A stretch of DNA of 64,000 nt from Desulfobacterales bacterium (GTDB lineage: Bacteria > Desulfobacterota > Desulfobacteria > Desulfobacterales > UBA5852), in assembly GCA_963674755.2 (NCBI GenBank), contig CAXXVS010000003.1:448001-512000 (forward strand). The letters are read 5' to 3'. Shown here in pieces: positions 61,308-64,000 of this stretch (positions are counted from its first letter, which is position 1; every line of letters starts with the position of its first letter). The notes below the pieces were generated by a model. The model ran no database searches, was not told the origin of the DNA, and saw only the letters and a program-made list of their open reading frames with translations. A program made the translations under genes and the position numbers.

Positions 61308-62549
61308 ATGACGGGGACGATGAAAAATTTTTTCAAGGTGGCGGATATCGAAGCGGTTTGCGCCCTGCGGGCCCAATTCCCAGTGGTGGCCGCCGAAGCG
61401 GTGCCGCTGACGTCCGTCGATGGGCGTATTCTCGCGGAGACGGTCGCCGCCGATCTGGATATTCCCGGCTTTGCCCGTTCCACCATGGACGGGTATGCGA
61501 TGCAGGCGGCCACCACCTTCGGAGCCAGCGAGAGCAATCCCGGGTATGTGACTGTGGTGGGATCGGTGGCCATGGGCGAACAGCCCGCTCTTCGGATCGG
61601 GCCGGGGGAGGCGGTGCGTATTGCCACAGGGGGAATGCTGCCGCCGGGCGCCGATGCCGTGGTGATGATCGAGCATACCGAAATCCTCGACGAGGCCACG
61701 ATTGAAGTCTATAAAAGCGTTGCACCCGGCCAGCACGTTGTTGCCAGGGGTGAGGATATCGCCGTGGGCGACAATCTGCTCGTCCGCGGCCAGCGGGTGC
61801 GTCCCCAGGAAGCCGGACTGTTGGCGGCGATGGGGTGCGAGACGGTGCTTGTATACCGCCAACCGCGTATTGGCATCATTTCCACCGGCGACGAAGTGGT
61901 CCCGGTGTCCGTCGTGCCCGGTCCCGGACAGATCCGCAATGTGAATTCGACCACTCTCGCGGCCATGGTACGGGCGGCCGGGGGGCGGCCTCGGGACTAC
62001 GGTATCATCAACGACAACGCGGATCGCCTCAAAACCGCCTGCGCCCGCGCCTTGGCCGAAAACGACATGCTTCTTGTCTCGGGTGGCAGTTCGGTGGGGA
62101 TGCGGGATTTTACCATCGAGGCCTTCGAAGCCCAGCCGGCGTCTGCCATCATGGTGCACGGCGTGTCCATAAGCCCGGGCAAACCAACGATCCTGGCCCG
62201 GTCCGGTGACAAGCCCATGTGGGGCATCCCGGGCCATGTGACGTCGGCCATGGTCGTCTTCCGTGTGCTGGTGGAGCCCTTTATTTTCCATCTGGGCGGG
62301 TGGAACGATGGTTCTCGCCAGCGCTTGACGATACCGGCCCGCCTGGCGCGCAATCTGGCGTCCGCCCAGGGGCGGGTGGATTTCGTGCGCGTCCGTCTGG
62401 TGGATCGCGAAGACGCGCTCTACGCCGAGCCCCTCTTGGGCAAATCCGGCCTTATCAATACCATGGTCAAGGCGGACGGGCTGGTGCGTATTGCGGCCGA
62501 TGCCGAGGGCCTCGACAAGGGCGATCTGGTAGCCGTAGAACTTTTCTAA
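61308..62549 (+). CDS. moeA: Molybdopterin molybdotransferase MoeA
   Basis: STMDGYA, IATGG, STGDE, SGGSSVG..D, PGKP; start could be 61320. Confidence 0.92.
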   Translation: MTGTMKNFFKVADIEAVCALRAQFPVVAAEAVPLTSVDGRILAETVAADLDIPGFARSTMDGYAMQAATTFGASESNPGYVTVVGSVAMGEQPALRIGPGEAVRIATGGMLPPGADAVVMIEHTEILDEATIEVYKSVAPGQHVVARGEDIAVGDNLLVRGQRVRPQEAGLLAAMGCETVLVYRQPRIGIISTGDEVVPVSVVPGPGQIRNVNSTTLAAMVRAAGGRPRDYGIINDNADRLKTACARALAENDMLLVSGGSSVGMRDFTIEAFEAQPASAIMVHGVSISPGKPTILARSGDKPMWGIPGHVTSAMVVFRVLVEPFIFHLGGWNDGSRQRLTIPARLARNLASAQGRVDFVRVRLVDREDALYAEPLLGKSGLINTMVKADGLVRIAADAEGLDKGDLVAVELF

Positions 62550-62713
62550 ACCGGCATTCCTTGTCTGGCGGTGTTGCGCCAACATGGAATTTTCCGGATA
62601 TCCATCAGTTTTTGTACCTTGACGACCTTATGGCGTCACCGTTTTTACGAACAGAACCACTCAGCGATGTTCGAAGGACATGCCCGAACATTTAGATTGA
62701 AGGATGGACTGGA

Positions 62714-64000
62714 ATGACCAGTAAACGCAATATCTATCTCAAGATGAAACCGTTGGAAACCGCGCGAGACCTTGTGTTCAAGCACTTTCCGGCGCCCTCG
62801 CCCCCCATCACGGAAACGGTGCCGGTACCGGAAGCCGTGGGGCGCGTGCTGGCGGCCCCTGTGTTTGCCCGCTTGTCTTCACCAAACTTTCATTCGGCCG
62901 CCATGGACGGAATTGCGGTTCAAGCCGAGCAGACCTTTGGCGCCAGCGAAACCAGCCCGCGTCAGCTGCAGATCGACCGGGAGGCTTTTTTTGTCAATAC
63001 CGGCCATGTCCTGCCGGTCGATACCAACGCCGTCATCATGATCGAACATGTCAACGATCTCGGTGACGGGCGGATGGAAATCGAAGCCCCGGCCTTCCCA
63101 TGGCAGAATGTGCGCCGCATGGGCGAGGACATCGTCGCCACCGAACTCCTATTCCCCCGTAACCATGTGATGACACCCTATTGTATCGGGGCGCTGCTTT
63201 CCGGCGGGATTTTTGACGTCGAGGTGCACGCGCGACCCAGGGTACGGATCATTCCGACGGGATCGGAGCTTGTGAGCTGGCGATCGCCCCAGGCCCGGCA
63301 ACTGCAGCCGGGACAAGTGCTGGAGACCAATTCCTACGTCCTGGGGGAGCTGGTCAAGGCGGCCGGCGGCTGTTTCGAGCGCGACGCTATTATCGTCGAT
63401 GACCCGGAAATGATCCGTCAGGCGGTGGAAGAGGCCGTGCAGGGCGACTTTGACATGGTTCTGACGGTGGGGGGGTCTTCGGCCGGATCGGAGGATCATG
63501 CCAAGCGCGTGGTGGCCGAGTTGGGTGAGATCCTGGTGCACGGCGTGACCATGATGCCCGGCAAACCCCTTCTGGTGGGAGACGTCGCCGGCAAACCCGT
63601 CTTCGGCATTCCCGGCTACCCTGTTTCGGCCATCATCGCGTTCGAGCAGTTTGTCCGACCGCTGCTGCGGCGCTATATGGCGCAGCCCGATGCCAAGCCG
63701 CAAATCCTGTCGGTGGAGACGGCCCGCAAAATTCCCTCCAAACTGGGCACCGAAGAATTCCTGCGGGTGAAACTGGGCCGAGTGGGACCGCGGGTGGTGG
63801 CTGCGCCCCTGCCCCGTGGCGCCGGCTGCATCACTTCCATCACCGAGGCCGATGGGATTATTAGAATTCCCCGTAATGTTGAAGGGTTGCGCGAAGGTGA
63901 ACAGACGGTGGCGGAACTGCTGCGACCGGCCGAGGCGATTGACAAGACCATTATGATCGTCGGCAGCCACGATAACAGCCTGGATATTCTGGCCGATGAA
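62714..64000 (+). CDS. Second MoeA, MoeA-PBP (LysR substrate-binding) fusion type, truncated by the window end
   Basis: Not in the ORF track. MTSKRNIYL..., AAMDGIA, PTGSEL, GSSAGSED, PGKP..PGYP, then IVGSHD at the start of the PBP domain. Confidence 0.85.
   Translation, partial: MTSKRNIYLKMKPLETARDLVFKHFPAPSPPITETVPVPEAVGRVLAAPVFARLSSPNFHSAAMDGIAVQAEQTFGASETSPRQLQIDREAFFVNTGHVLPVDTNAVIMIEHVNDLGDGRMEIEAPAFPWQNVRRMGEDIVATELLFPRNHVMTPYCIGALLSGGIFDVEVHARPRVRIIPTGSELVSWRSPQARQLQPGQVLETNSYVLGELVKAAGGCFERDAIIVDDPEMIRQAVEEAVQGDFDMVLTVGGSSAGSEDHAKRVVAELGEILVHGVTMMPGKPLLVGDVAGKPVFGIPGYPVSAIIAFEQFVRPLLRRYMAQPDAKPQILSVETARKIPSKLGTEEFLRVKLGRVGPRVVAAPLPRGAGCITSITEADGIIRIPRNVEGLREGEQTVAELLRPAEAIDKTIMIVGSHDNSLDILADE

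Overview
A GC-rich, mostly core-chromosome segment from a sulfate-reducing deltaproteobacterium (Desulfobacterota, probably Desulfobacterales; inferred from the dsrTMKJOP operon and the gene style). It holds about 62 CDS: rplU-rpmA-obgE-proB-nadD-rsfS; dsrT-dsrMKJOP; a SAM-I riboswitch controlling metY-metX-metW; a lexA / inactive Y-family (ImuB-like) / dnaE2 mutagenesis cassette with no imuA; a split alpha/beta ADP-forming acyl-CoA synthetase; fabH, a fadH-like reductase, rhlB, tandem moeA genes, and several two-component and sigma54 regulators. No rRNA, tRNA, CRISPR array or transposase was seen. The best unannotated signal is a complete sigma54 transcription unit at about 55717-56038 on the minus strand. 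It has two 25-bp enhancer-like repeats, a consensus IHF site, a -24/-12 box and a strong terminator, but no plausible ORF, and predicts a ~75-nt sRNA with an exposed anti-Shine-Dalgarno motif. Other leads are divergent sigma54 promoters driving two small secreted OB-fold-like proteins next to a GlrK/QseG/GlrR-like triad, a candidate non-canonical LexA operator, a 144-bp palindromic element inside the SOS cassette, a zinc-ribbon/zincin fusion protein, and an 18-bp perfect operator over the fadH-like promoter. All functional calls come from motif recognition by eye; no database searches were run.
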